Below, in pieces: positions 20,822 to 28,291 of a stretch of DNA of 64,000 nucleotides. Made by a program: the position numbers and the translations under genes. The DNA is taken from positions 1,933 through 65,932 of the forward strand of contig JBIKUE010000009.1 of NCBI GenBank assembly GCA_044347755.1. The letters are read 5' to 3'. The notes under the pieces are model-generated. The model saw only the letters and a list, made by a program, of their open reading frames with translations. It was not told the DNA's origin and did no database searches. Source of the stretch: Saprospiraceae bacterium (lineage in GTDB: Bacteria > Bacteroidota > Bacteroidia > Chitinophagales > Saprospiraceae). Numbering within the stretch: the stretch's first letter is position 1; the number at the start of each line of letters is the position of its first letter.

Positions 20822-20855
20822 GCGGGGTTTCAAAGCCCACGCTCTGAAACCCCGC
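20822..20855 (-). terminator. stem-loop followed by a T-run after the toxin-immunity operon (copy A)
   Basis: On the minus strand the sequence reads gcggggtttca-loop-tgaaaccccgc followed by ttttcgg. It lies 12 nt after the stop at 20867. Confidence 0.6.
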
Positions 20856-20866
20856 ATGACAATCCC

Positions 20867-21592
20867 TTAGTTATTATAAGCCGCTGCAGCCTCCTGCATT
20901 TTGGCTTTTTTCTCTTCAGGCGTTAATTCTCCAAGCTCCTCTGTTGGCGTAAACCTTATACCAACTAAACCCTCCTTTTCGATGGCATCTTTTAGCCGCT
21001 CTGAAACATAAAAGCCGGATGGCATAAAAATGAGTCGAAACATGTCGGTGCCTTCAGCTGCCTTGGAAATCTTGAGGACTCTGACATACAGGTTTTCTTT
21101 TTTGAAGAAAAGAGCATTTTTTAAGGATCTGAATTCCTCGTAGCTACTGAATTTCAAGCCCATTTTAATTACCTGGACAGCAAAATCAGTAGTATGCATC
21201 ACCTCAGTGTGTTCCCAGTCTACAAACTCGGCTGCACTGTTTTTGGTAAAATAGAGCAGAAAGTATGCCCGCTCTTCTTCTGCTTGTCTCACTGTCACCG
21301 GAAAGGCTTGATGATCAGCCAATTTGAATTTTGAAAGTAGGAAATAGAACCGACTACTTATGAGCAGGAACCCACCACCTCCTGGAGTAAAAGAGAACAA
21401 ATCTATCCATCTGGCTTCCTTTTCTAACAAAAGCACCGGAAACTTTTTGTTCGGATCAAGCTTCCCCTCCAGAGGAATGGATTGAAACGGGTGACCTTCT
21501 CCGGTTTCAGGGTTATGTACAAATTTTCGAACCTGCCCATCGATTCCAATTTCTTTCAAGTCCAGGGAAAACGTGATTTTATAAAAGTTCAT
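20867..21592 (-). CDS. orphan immunity-like protein, Imm11/DUF1629-like; paralogue of 25193..25921
   Basis: 241 aa, clearly homologous to the ORF that directly follows the AHH toxin in copy B. The C-terminal pattern DMFRLIFMPSGFYVSERLKDAIEKEGLVGIRF resembles Imm11. It is preceded by a remnant of the AHH toxin 3' end. Confidence 0.6.
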   Translation of the reverse strand: MNFYKITFSLDLKEIGIDGQVRKFVHNPETGEGHPFQSIPLEGKLDPNKKFPVLLLEKEARWIDLFSFTPGGGGFLLISSRFYFLLSKFKLADHQAFPVTVRQAEEERAYFLLYFTKNSAAEFVDWEHTEVMHTTDFAVQVIKMGLKFSSYEEFRSLKNALFFKKENLYVRVLKISKAAEGTDMFRLIFMPSGFYVSERLKDAIEKEGLVGIRFTPTEELGELTPEEKKAKMQEAAAAYNN

Positions 21593-21596
21593 GGCA

Positions 21597-21686
21597 TTAG
21601 AAATTCAAATCGTTGATTTTTGTGGTCGGGTTTTGATCAATCAAATTGCCCAGCTGGTTTTGAAAATCACGCAATCGCTGACTTGC
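21597..21686 (-). pseudogene. remnant of the 3' end of an AHH-type toxin gene (last 30 codons plus stop)
   Basis: The reverse complement translates to ASQRLRDFQNQLGNLIDQNPTTKINDLNF*. This is identical in protein to residues 578-607 of the copy-B toxin, with a few synonymous differences. Homology ends abruptly at 21686. Confidence 0.75.
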
Positions 21687-21692
21687 TATTCT

Positions 21693-21739
21693 GCCGCGCT
21701 TGGGTCTTCCCGATGAAGTCGGGAAGACCCAAGCGCGGC
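21693..21739 (-). terminator. perfect 21-bp stem / 5-nt loop hairpin at the cassette junction
   Basis: gccgcgcttgggtcttcccga (21693-21713) pairs perfectly with tcgggaagacccaagcgcggc (21719-21739). It lies 20 nt downstream of the 212-aa ORF stop and 6 nt from the toxin remnant. There is no T-run. Confidence 0.55.
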
Positions 21740-21759
21740 GAACGAAACGAAACGCCCGA

Positions 21760-22398
21760 TTATCTTATATCGTCCAGTATGCTCAGGTTCAAACCTGCGG
21801 CAATAAATTCATCACTCACGATCATCTCTTCCGGTGTTTCCGGATGATCAAATAATACCCGGAAATGCCCCTCTCCCTCAGCAAAAATGTACACCCACTT
21901 GCCATTCTCAAAATGGAATCCGATAATATCAAGGGTCTTTTTGTTGATATGAATGACATCTGGCAACTCGGCATTGGGCGGAAAAAAGCAGGCAATTTCT
22001 TCCCTTCGTGAGGCGGTTTCTATTGTTTCTACCCGTACCTCACCCATCCCGACAATTCGTTGAACCGCTCCGTGATCTCCTTGAATGCAGAAATGATATC
22101 CCAGTTTTTTTAAGGTGTCCCTGCTGCTTACTTCCACATTCAGGAGGTTAGCTTCTATACCATACAAATTGCCGGCAACATTTTGCGTGCCTTTGGAATG
22201 AATTTCCAGCCTCATCGGTTTTTCCGGACGGGGGCGTTTGAATATCAGTAATAACGGGCAAAAGTGGCTGTATAATTCAAGCGGTTGTGACAGACCCAAA
22301 AAGCCATCTGGAACAAAAACCGTAAAGCCCTTTGTTCCGAGAGCATCCCGGAACAAAGGGTTAATGTTACACTCAAAGTCGATGTGAAGTTCTGACAT
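21760..22398 (-). CDS. putative cognate immunity protein for toxin A (no recognised family)
   Basis: 212-aa ORF. Its ATG overlaps the toxin stop (TGATG, 1-nt overlap), which suggests translational coupling. There is no signal peptide. The immunity role is inferred from position only. Confidence 0.55.
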   Translation of the reverse strand: MSELHIDFECNINPLFRDALGTKGFTVFVPDGFLGLSQPLELYSHFCPLLLIFKRPRPEKPMRLEIHSKGTQNVAGNLYGIEANLLNVEVSSRDTLKKLGYHFCIQGDHGAVQRIVGMGEVRVETIETASRREEIACFFPPNAELPDVIHINKKTLDIIGFHFENGKWVYIFAEGEGHFRVLFDHPETPEEMIVSDEFIAAGLNLSILDDIR

Positions 22399-24239
22399 CA
22401 GAATCGCATTTTAAATTCGAAAGAACCTTTTTTAATGGCAATGGTGGGTTCGCCAGATGAGGTAGATTCAAGGTAGAACCTCATAGTGTAGTTGTTTCCT
22501 CCAAGATTGAATTCTGCAGTTATCTCATTTCCGTTGTTCCCAGAACTAATGTTATCAGGATCAATCTCAAAAGCTTCTACCAGGTCATCCCAAACATCAA
22601 GCGGCCCAAGCCCGTTAACCTTTGCCCCATTTCCAGTCCACTCAATCTTGGCGTAAAGATCATCAATTTTATTTCTTAAAACCTGATAGACCCTGTATGC
22701 AACATCATCGCCAAGCGTATATACTTTCTTCATTACATCATAAAACTTCATCAGGCTCGTTGCCTTTTTACCCAAACTGACTCCAAATGAAGCCACTTTC
22801 GCTATCGGAACAAAGGTGCCTGCTTCATCCAGTGCAATTTCTGCAGCAGTCCATATTGCGCCAAGGTAATCTCCGCTTTTTAACTGGTCAATTGCTGCTG
22901 GGCCAAGCGTGATAATTGTACCACCCGGTATAATGTCTATTAAGGCATCCTTTAACGCTAGTTCAAGCTGCTCAATGATAATATCCCAAACAGGGTTACT
23001 GATTGAATTGCTCTGAGCGTCTTGAAAAAACTGTTGAACTTCAACTGATCCAGAAGAAAGCATTTGGATATAACTTACCACAACTGCTGCCGCTAAGTTG
23101 GCATCATGCTGGTTAGCATTGTGGCTCTGCAGGAACGATAAACACTCTCCAATTCGACCTGAATTACTTACCAACCAATTTAACTGCGCAGCATTAAATT
23201 GGCAGTCATTTATCAGTTGTACCAGCAATTCTGCAGCGTCTTTGGATGCTGCATCCCCTCCATTAAATGTTATGAAGGACCCAATTTCGTCAAATAAAGC
23301 CTGATCGTTTAGCAGCAGTGTTTTTTCGGCGGCAGTAAGATCAAACCAGTCATCTACGATCACCTCTTTGGTACATTGAGACAGGCCGCTGTTAAACGCA
23401 TCGTACCATTCGGGTCCGTCATAAGAGGAAAAACCACAAGTGTTTTTGATCTGCTCCATCAAATCGATCGGATGCTGCTCCAGGAAGAATTTATCCTTGA
23501 GCAAATGGGTCAAAAGGATTGCGAACGAGCCGTTGCATTTACCATTAATATAGGCTTTTAGCTTGTCGGCGGTTGCAATGTCCTTAGGACTGGCATCCCA
23601 ATATTTGATGATCTCCTCCTGCTGTGGATGGCCATATTGTGTGAACAGGCACATGGATTCTGCCCCGTTCAAACCAGCCTCATTGACAAGCATACAAAAA
23701 TCCAGATCTGTCTGACTATAGCCGGGTGGAATCTCTCCAATCGAGAGAATGTATTCATTGATGGCAGCACAGGTTGCCATCTGGCCGGAAAACTGCTGGT
23801 CAAAAATGCCTCCTCCGCCAGGTTGTTGGTAACCTTCCGGCGTAGTCCATCCCAATTGCCCTCCCGGGAAAAAATAGGATCCGGAATATGATTCGGAGCT
23901 GCCATTGATGGCATCCCAGATATTGCCGGCAACGGTACCGAAGTCTTTCCAAAATTCATTCCACCAACCCCAATCAATATTAATATTGTTGCTTCCAAAT
24001 TGAGGACACCTTACCTTCGGCTTGCCATCTCTGTCGGATGACGTTGAATCAGTTTGCGCAAATCCGGAGGAGATATCCCAAAACGGAATTTTACCGTCTC
24101 CTTTCAGAGCAATGTAGCCGTTAACCACCTTCACAAACTTTTCAATGGTATCTTCCTGGCTTACCAGCATCATAGTACCATTGAACTGACCGGTAGCATC
24201 CAAAGAGGAAAGAACGTGGACAGAGAGTCGGCTGCCCAT
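22398..24239 (-). CDS. polymorphic toxin A: shared 343-aa N-terminal region plus unique 270-aa C-terminus of unknown activity
   Basis: 613 aa. Residues 1-343 equal those of copy B except for 2 substitutions. Sequences diverge completely after ...AELLVQLI (nt ~23210). The C-terminal part has a PT-TG-like linker (DIIPGGTIITLGPAAIDQLKSGDYLGAIW) and then ~125 aa that I cannot assign. Confidence 0.7.
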   Translation of the reverse strand: MGSRLSVHVLSSLDATGQFNGTMMLVSQEDTIEKFVKVVNGYIALKGDGKIPFWDISSGFAQTDSTSSDRDGKPKVRCPQFGSNNINIDWGWWNEFWKDFGTVAGNIWDAINGSSESYSGSYFFPGGQLGWTTPEGYQQPGGGGIFDQQFSGQMATCAAINEYILSIGEIPPGYSQTDLDFCMLVNEAGLNGAESMCLFTQYGHPQQEEIIKYWDASPKDIATADKLKAYINGKCNGSFAILLTHLLKDKFFLEQHPIDLMEQIKNTCGFSSYDGPEWYDAFNSGLSQCTKEVIVDDWFDLTAAEKTLLLNDQALFDEIGSFITFNGGDAASKDAAELLVQLINDCQFNAAQLNWLVSNSGRIGECLSFLQSHNANQHDANLAAAVVVSYIQMLSSGSVEVQQFFQDAQSNSISNPVWDIIIEQLELALKDALIDIIPGGTIITLGPAAIDQLKSGDYLGAIWTAAEIALDEAGTFVPIAKVASFGVSLGKKATSLMKFYDVMKKVYTLGDDVAYRVYQVLRNKIDDLYAKIEWTGNGAKVNGLGPLDVWDDLVEAFEIDPDNISSGNNGNEITAEFNLGGNNYTMRFYLESTSSGEPTIAIKKGSFEFKMRF

Positions 24240-24613
24240 AAAACCAGTTTACTTTGAATTTGTCCGGCCGGGTCTTTATAAAAAGCCAGGCTACTCCCAA
24301 ATCGGGTGCCCGGAAGTGAGGCAGGAGTATCAACAGGCGTGATAAGTACCGGAAAGCCAGAAGGTGTTACAATATAGGATTCGTTCCAGAGGGGCGTTAC
24401 ACATAGTGGCAGCTTGTCTTCTGACCGGTCGAGAGCCCCTCCTCCATTTGAAAACCGGCCTTTTACTTCTTCCAATGAAATGGAGCGGTTGACCAGTTCA
24501 TTGGCTGGCTCACTCAACGGAATTTCTTGTAGTTCCTTTCTACATCCGCCTGCAAAAACTAAAGTAAGTAATACAATAACAGGCCACGCTGTGGCAAATT
24601 TGAATTGAATCAT
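24170..24613 (-). CDS. small lipoprotein ORF overlapping the toxin A start by 70 nt (possibly the original N-terminus of the toxin)
   Basis: 147 aa. MIQFKFATAWPVIVLLTLVFAGGC is a signal peptide plus lipobox. It ends 70 nt inside the toxin ORF in another frame. The frame junction is at a T4 run (ctggttttatggg). Confidence 0.6.
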   Translation of the reverse strand: MIQFKFATAWPVIVLLTLVFAGGCRKELQEIPLSEPANELVNRSISLEEVKGRFSNGGGALDRSEDKLPLCVTPLWNESYIVTPSGFPVLITPVDTPASLPGTRFGSSLAFYKDPAGQIQSKLVLWAADSLSTFFPLWMLPVSSMVL

Positions 24614-24782
24614 CTTGAAGGTTGTGTTTTGACGGTCTTCAGTTGTCCTTGCCTCGCGCGCCGGTGGGGATTTCTGATTACGTCAGGTTAAAAATTACTG
24701 TTGTTATTAATTGGATGCACAAATATGCGTGGCTCCCTCTCTAAAAAAATATAACACTTTTTGGCACTTATTCCCCACCAAC

Positions 24783-24893
24783 AGAATGGAGCGGGGCATT
24801 ATCAATGCCGGCTTAAGTCAATTATTCAAAATAGCCGAAGCGCTGGAAATTCACCCAAAGGAATTGTTTGATTTTGACCTGGAGGAGGATTAG
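24783..24893 (+). pseudogene. truncated XRE-family regulator remnant (C-terminal half only)
   Basis: Only RMERGIINAGLSQLFKIAEALEIHPKELFDFDLEED matches the intact copy at 28292..28531. The upstream part of ORF 24711..24893 is unrelated and lacks the first HTH helices. Confidence 0.7.
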
Positions 24894-24965
24894 TCCAATA
24901 AATCCTGCCTTCTGCGCACTTAGCGTGGACGGACCTTTAGAATAAGGCATCCACCCCGAAATAAA

Positions 24966-25021
24966 AAAGGCCCCGAAAACAGCCCAACATCCTAAAAATG
25001 TCGGGCCGCTCCGAGGCCTTT
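24966..25021. repeat. duplicated copy of the structured element/terminator found after the E2 gene (28724-28779)
   Basis: aaaggccccgaaaacagcccaacatcctaaaaatgtcgggccgctccgaggccttt is the same at both loci. It contains nested stems (gcccaacat/atgtcgggc inside aaaggcc..ggccttt). Confidence 0.75.
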
Positions 25022-25192
25022 ATATCAAATCACGGTTTGGCCTTAAAAGTGGCCAAGCTTTTTACGGCAGAGTAAGAGGCTAAAAGTGATAATCCATTTG
25101 TGTTATGTGAAGGAAACTACACTTAATTACCCCTAAACCTTAAAGTTTTTACCTTTCAGAGTCTACTCTCTGAAACCCCGCATGACAATCCC

Positions 25193-25921
25193 TTAGTTAT
25201 TATAAGCCGCTGCAGCTTCCTGCATTTTGGCTTTTTTCTCTTCCGGTGTTAATTCTCCAAGCTCCTCTGTTGGCGTAAACCTTATACCAACTAAACCTTC
25301 CTTTTGGATGGCATCTTTTAGCCGCTCTGAAACATAAAAGCCGGATGGCATAAAAACAAACTTGAACATGTCGGTACCTTCAGCTGCCTTGGCGATCTTG
25401 AGGACTCTAACATACAGGTTTTCTTTATTGTGTAGCAATTCCATTTTTCTGGCCAAAAACTCCTCATAGCTACTGAATTTCAAGCCCATTTTAATTACCT
25501 GGGCAGCAAAATCAGTAGTATGCATCACCTCAGTGTGTTCCCAATCTACAAACTCGGCTGCACAGTTTTTGGTAAAATAGAGCAGAAAGTATGCCCGCTC
25601 TTCCTCTCCTTGTCTCACTGTCACCGGGAAAGCTTGATAATCATCCAAATTGAATTGGCTCAACAGCATATAAAAACGACTGCTTATTAGAAGCAGACGC
25701 CCTGATCCGGGAACTTGTTCAAGCAGATCCGTCCATTTTGCAGCCTTTTCTAACAAAAGCACCGGAAACTTTTTGTTCGGATCAAGCTTACCCTCCAGAG
25801 GAATGGATTGAAAGGGGTGACCTTCTCTGGTTTCAGGGCTTTGTACAAATTTCTGAACTTGGTCATAAATTCCAATGACCTTCGGATCCAAAGAAAGTGC
25901 AAGTCTGAAAAACTTCATCAT
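25193..25921 (-). CDS. putative immunity protein for the AHH toxin, Imm11/DUF1629-like
   Basis: 242 aa. The start lies 1 nt after the toxin B stop. The C-terminal pattern DMFKFVFMPSGFYVSERLKDAIQKEGLVGIRF resembles Imm11, which is the usual neighbour of AHH/HNH toxins. Confidence 0.65.
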   Translation of the reverse strand: MMKFFRLALSLDPKVIGIYDQVQKFVQSPETREGHPFQSIPLEGKLDPNKKFPVLLLEKAAKWTDLLEQVPGSGRLLLISSRFYMLLSQFNLDDYQAFPVTVRQGEEERAYFLLYFTKNCAAEFVDWEHTEVMHTTDFAAQVIKMGLKFSSYEEFLARKMELLHNKENLYVRVLKIAKAAEGTDMFKFVFMPSGFYVSERLKDAIQKEGLVGIRFTPTEELGELTPEEKKAKMQEAAAAYNN

Positions 25922-25922
25922 A

Positions 25923-27746
25923 TTAGAAATTCAAATCGTTGATTTTTGTGGTGGGGTTTTGATCAATCAAATTTCCCAGCTGGTTTTGAAAATCACGCAA
26001 TCGCTGACTTGCAACATCTGGAGGAATATTATTAAGCCCTCCATATTGAGTTTCTAATTGACTCAAAATCTCATTCAAATTTATTCGGACTTTTTCATTA
26101 TATTGCGGATGATTTCCATGAACACCATCCTGTTGATCGAAACGGAACCGTTTTAACTCTCTTCCATTTTTTGGGTGGTTCATGTGAAAAGGGGTGTTAT
26201 TAGCCTTCGCCGCAAGTTGTACCAACTCGTGATCTTGTCTTGACCAAGGAATCAAATGATGCGCATCATTCGCTGCATCGGTAATTTCCATTACCTCTCT
26301 CAAACCTGTTCTTTCACCAAAGGTAATAAGTCCTCCATCATTTGTCAACTTCAATAAATGCTGAACGCCTGTAGATGCCTTTTTTACTGCGACATGTGCA
26401 TATTTACCGCCTGTAGATATCCATCCAGCGATTGGAAGGGTTGCTGCAAAGCTCAGGGATGCATTCAGCGGATCACCCTCGATTATGAATAGTACACCAT
26501 TGGTCAGATCACATGGCTCGCCAACTACAGGCAGAAGCCCACAAATGTCAAGAGCAATATGTAATTCATACATTACCTCTTTTACTGCCTGGAGAAAAAT
26601 GGTGTCCATATCCCAAGATGGATGTAAAATCTTCAACCATGCCATCTTCATAATCAACTGGACAAATACACCCGGAGGAAAATCCTCCTCCTTGAACGAT
26701 GGGTATTTACCTTGTGCAATTAGCTGTACCAGCAACTCCGCAGCGTCTTTGGATGCTGCATCCCCTCCATTAGAAGTTATGAAGGACCCAATTTTGTCAA
26801 ATAAAGCCTGATCATTCAGCAGTAGTGTTTTTTCGGCGGCAGTAAGATCAAACCAGTCATCTACGATCACCTCTTTGGTACACTGAGACAGACCACTGTT
26901 AAAAGCATCGTACCATTCGGGTCCGTCATAAGAGGAAAAGCCACAAGTGTTTTTGATCTGCTCCATCAAATCGATCGGATGCTGCTCCAGGAAGAATTTA
27001 TCCTTGAGCAAATGGGTCAAAAGGATTGCGAACGAGCCGTTGCATTTACCATTAATATAGGCTTTTAGCTTGTCGGCGGTTGCAATGTCCTTAGGACTGG
27101 CATCCCAATATTTGATGATCTCCTCCTGCTGTGGATGGCCATATTGTGTGAACAGGCACATGGATTCTGCCCCGTTCAAACCAGCCTCATTGACAAGCAT
27201 ACAAAAATCCAGATCTGTCTGACTATAGCCGGGTGGAATCTCTCCAATCGAGAGAATGTATTCATTGATGGCAGCACAGGTTGCCATCTGGCCGGAAAAC
27301 TGCTGGTCAAAAATGCCTCCTCCGCCAGGTTGTTGGTAACCTTCCGGCGTAGTCCATCCCAATTGCCCTCCCGGGAAAAAATAGGATCCGGAATATGATT
27401 CGGAGCTGCCATTGATGGCATCCCAGATATTGCCGGCAACGGTACCGAAGTCTTTCCAAAATTCATTCCACCAACCCCAATCAATATTAATATTGTTGCT
27501 TCCAAATTGAGGACACCTTACCTTCGGCTTGCCATCTCTGTCGGATGACGTTGAATCAGTTTGCGCAAATCCGGAGGAGATATCCCAAAACGGAATTTTA
27601 CCGTCTCCTTTCAGAGCAATGTAGCCGTTAACCACCTTCACAAACTTTTCAATGGTATCTTCCTGGCTTACCAGCATCATAGTACCATTGAACTGACCGG
27701 TAGCATCCAAAGAGGAAAGAACGTGGACAGAGAGTCGGCTGCCCAT
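25923..27746 (-). CDS. polymorphic toxin B: shared 343-aa N-terminal region plus C-terminal AHH-type HNH/EndoVII nuclease domain
   Basis: 607 aa. The C-terminus reads DAHHLIPWSRQDHELVQLAAKANNTPFHMNHPKNGRELKRF...DGVHGNHPQYNEKV, which fits the AHH family pattern (AHHxIP ... N..NG..L ... HxGxHxxYN). It is preceded by a PT-TG-like linker LLPVVGEPCDLTNGVLFIIEGDPLNA. Confidence 0.75.
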   Translation of the reverse strand: MGSRLSVHVLSSLDATGQFNGTMMLVSQEDTIEKFVKVVNGYIALKGDGKIPFWDISSGFAQTDSTSSDRDGKPKVRCPQFGSNNINIDWGWWNEFWKDFGTVAGNIWDAINGSSESYSGSYFFPGGQLGWTTPEGYQQPGGGGIFDQQFSGQMATCAAINEYILSIGEIPPGYSQTDLDFCMLVNEAGLNGAESMCLFTQYGHPQQEEIIKYWDASPKDIATADKLKAYINGKCNGSFAILLTHLLKDKFFLEQHPIDLMEQIKNTCGFSSYDGPEWYDAFNSGLSQCTKEVIVDDWFDLTAAEKTLLLNDQALFDKIGSFITSNGGDAASKDAAELLVQLIAQGKYPSFKEEDFPPGVFVQLIMKMAWLKILHPSWDMDTIFLQAVKEVMYELHIALDICGLLPVVGEPCDLTNGVLFIIEGDPLNASLSFAATLPIAGWISTGGKYAHVAVKKASTGVQHLLKLTNDGGLITFGERTGLREVMEITDAANDAHHLIPWSRQDHELVQLAAKANNTPFHMNHPKNGRELKRFRFDQQDGVHGNHPQYNEKVRINLNEILSQLETQYGGLNNIPPDVASQRLRDFQNQLGNLIDQNPTTKINDLNF

Positions 27747-28120
27747 AAAACCAGTTTACTTTGAATTTGTCCGGCCGGGTCTTTATAAAAAGCCAGGCTA
27801 CTCCCAAATCGGGTGCCCGGAAGTGAGGCAGGAGTATCAACAGGCGTGATAAGTACCGGAAAGCCAGAAGGTGTTACAATATAGGATTCGTTCCAGAGGG
27901 GCGTTACACATAGTGGCAGCTTGTCTTCTGACCGGTCGAGAGCCCCTCCTCCATTTGAAAACCGGCCTTTTACTTCTTCCAATGAAATGGAGCGGTTGAC
28001 CAGTTCATTGGCTGGCTCACTCAACGGAATTTCCTGTAGTTCCTTTCTACATCCGCCTGCAAAAACTAAAGTGAGTAATGCAATAACAGGCCACGCTGTG
28101 GCAATTTTGAATTGAATCAT
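27677..28120 (-). CDS. small lipoprotein ORF overlapping the toxin B start by 70 nt (paralogue of 24170..24613)
   Basis: 147 aa. It differs from the copy-A ORF at 2 residues (F6I, V14A) and has the same LVFAGGC lipobox and the same overlap geometry. Confidence 0.6.
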   Translation of the reverse strand: MIQFKIATAWPVIALLTLVFAGGCRKELQEIPLSEPANELVNRSISLEEVKGRFSNGGGALDRSEDKLPLCVTPLWNESYIVTPSGFPVLITPVDTPASLPGTRFGSSLAFYKDPAGQIQSKLVLWAADSLSTFFPLWMLPVSSMVL

Positions 28121-28243
28121 CTTGAAGTTTGTGTTTTGACGGTTTTCAGTTGTCCTTGCCTCGCGCGCCGGTGGGGATTTCCGTTGCCGTCGGGTTATTA
28201 AAATTGATAATTAGAACAAATATAGAGGCTCGGATCAAATTTG

Positions 28244-28255
28244 GGCAAATTTGCC
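28244..28255. promoter_or_regulatory. perfect 12-bp palindrome ggcaaatttgcc in the divergent promoter region; candidate operator
   Basis: It lies 37 nt upstream of the XRE start, inside the 170-nt region between the lipoprotein/toxin operon and the XRE gene. An adjacent direct repeat caaatttg occurs twice. It is absent from copy A. Confidence 0.3.
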
Positions 28256-28291
28256 TAAATTATTTTTTCACTACAGGCGGAATCTCGCCAT

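Noticed and set aside
21620-21847. 75-aa plus-strand ORF across the cassette junction
   Set aside because: It spans the 21-bp hairpin and the antisense of the toxin remnant and immunity gene end. It is most likely a chance ORF.
24170-24260. Programmed -1 ribosomal frameshift joining the lipoprotein and toxin ORFs
   Set aside because: There is no canonical X XXY YYZ slippery heptamer or obvious downstream pseudoknot at the overlap. A simple T-run indel or a genuine two-gene overlap is more parsimonious. It is kept only as an open question in the findings.
24711-24893. 60-aa ORF as an intact small regulator
   Set aside because: Only its last 36 codons match the XRE gene of module B. The N-terminal 24 codons are unrelated and lack the first helices of the HTH, so I called it a truncated remnant.
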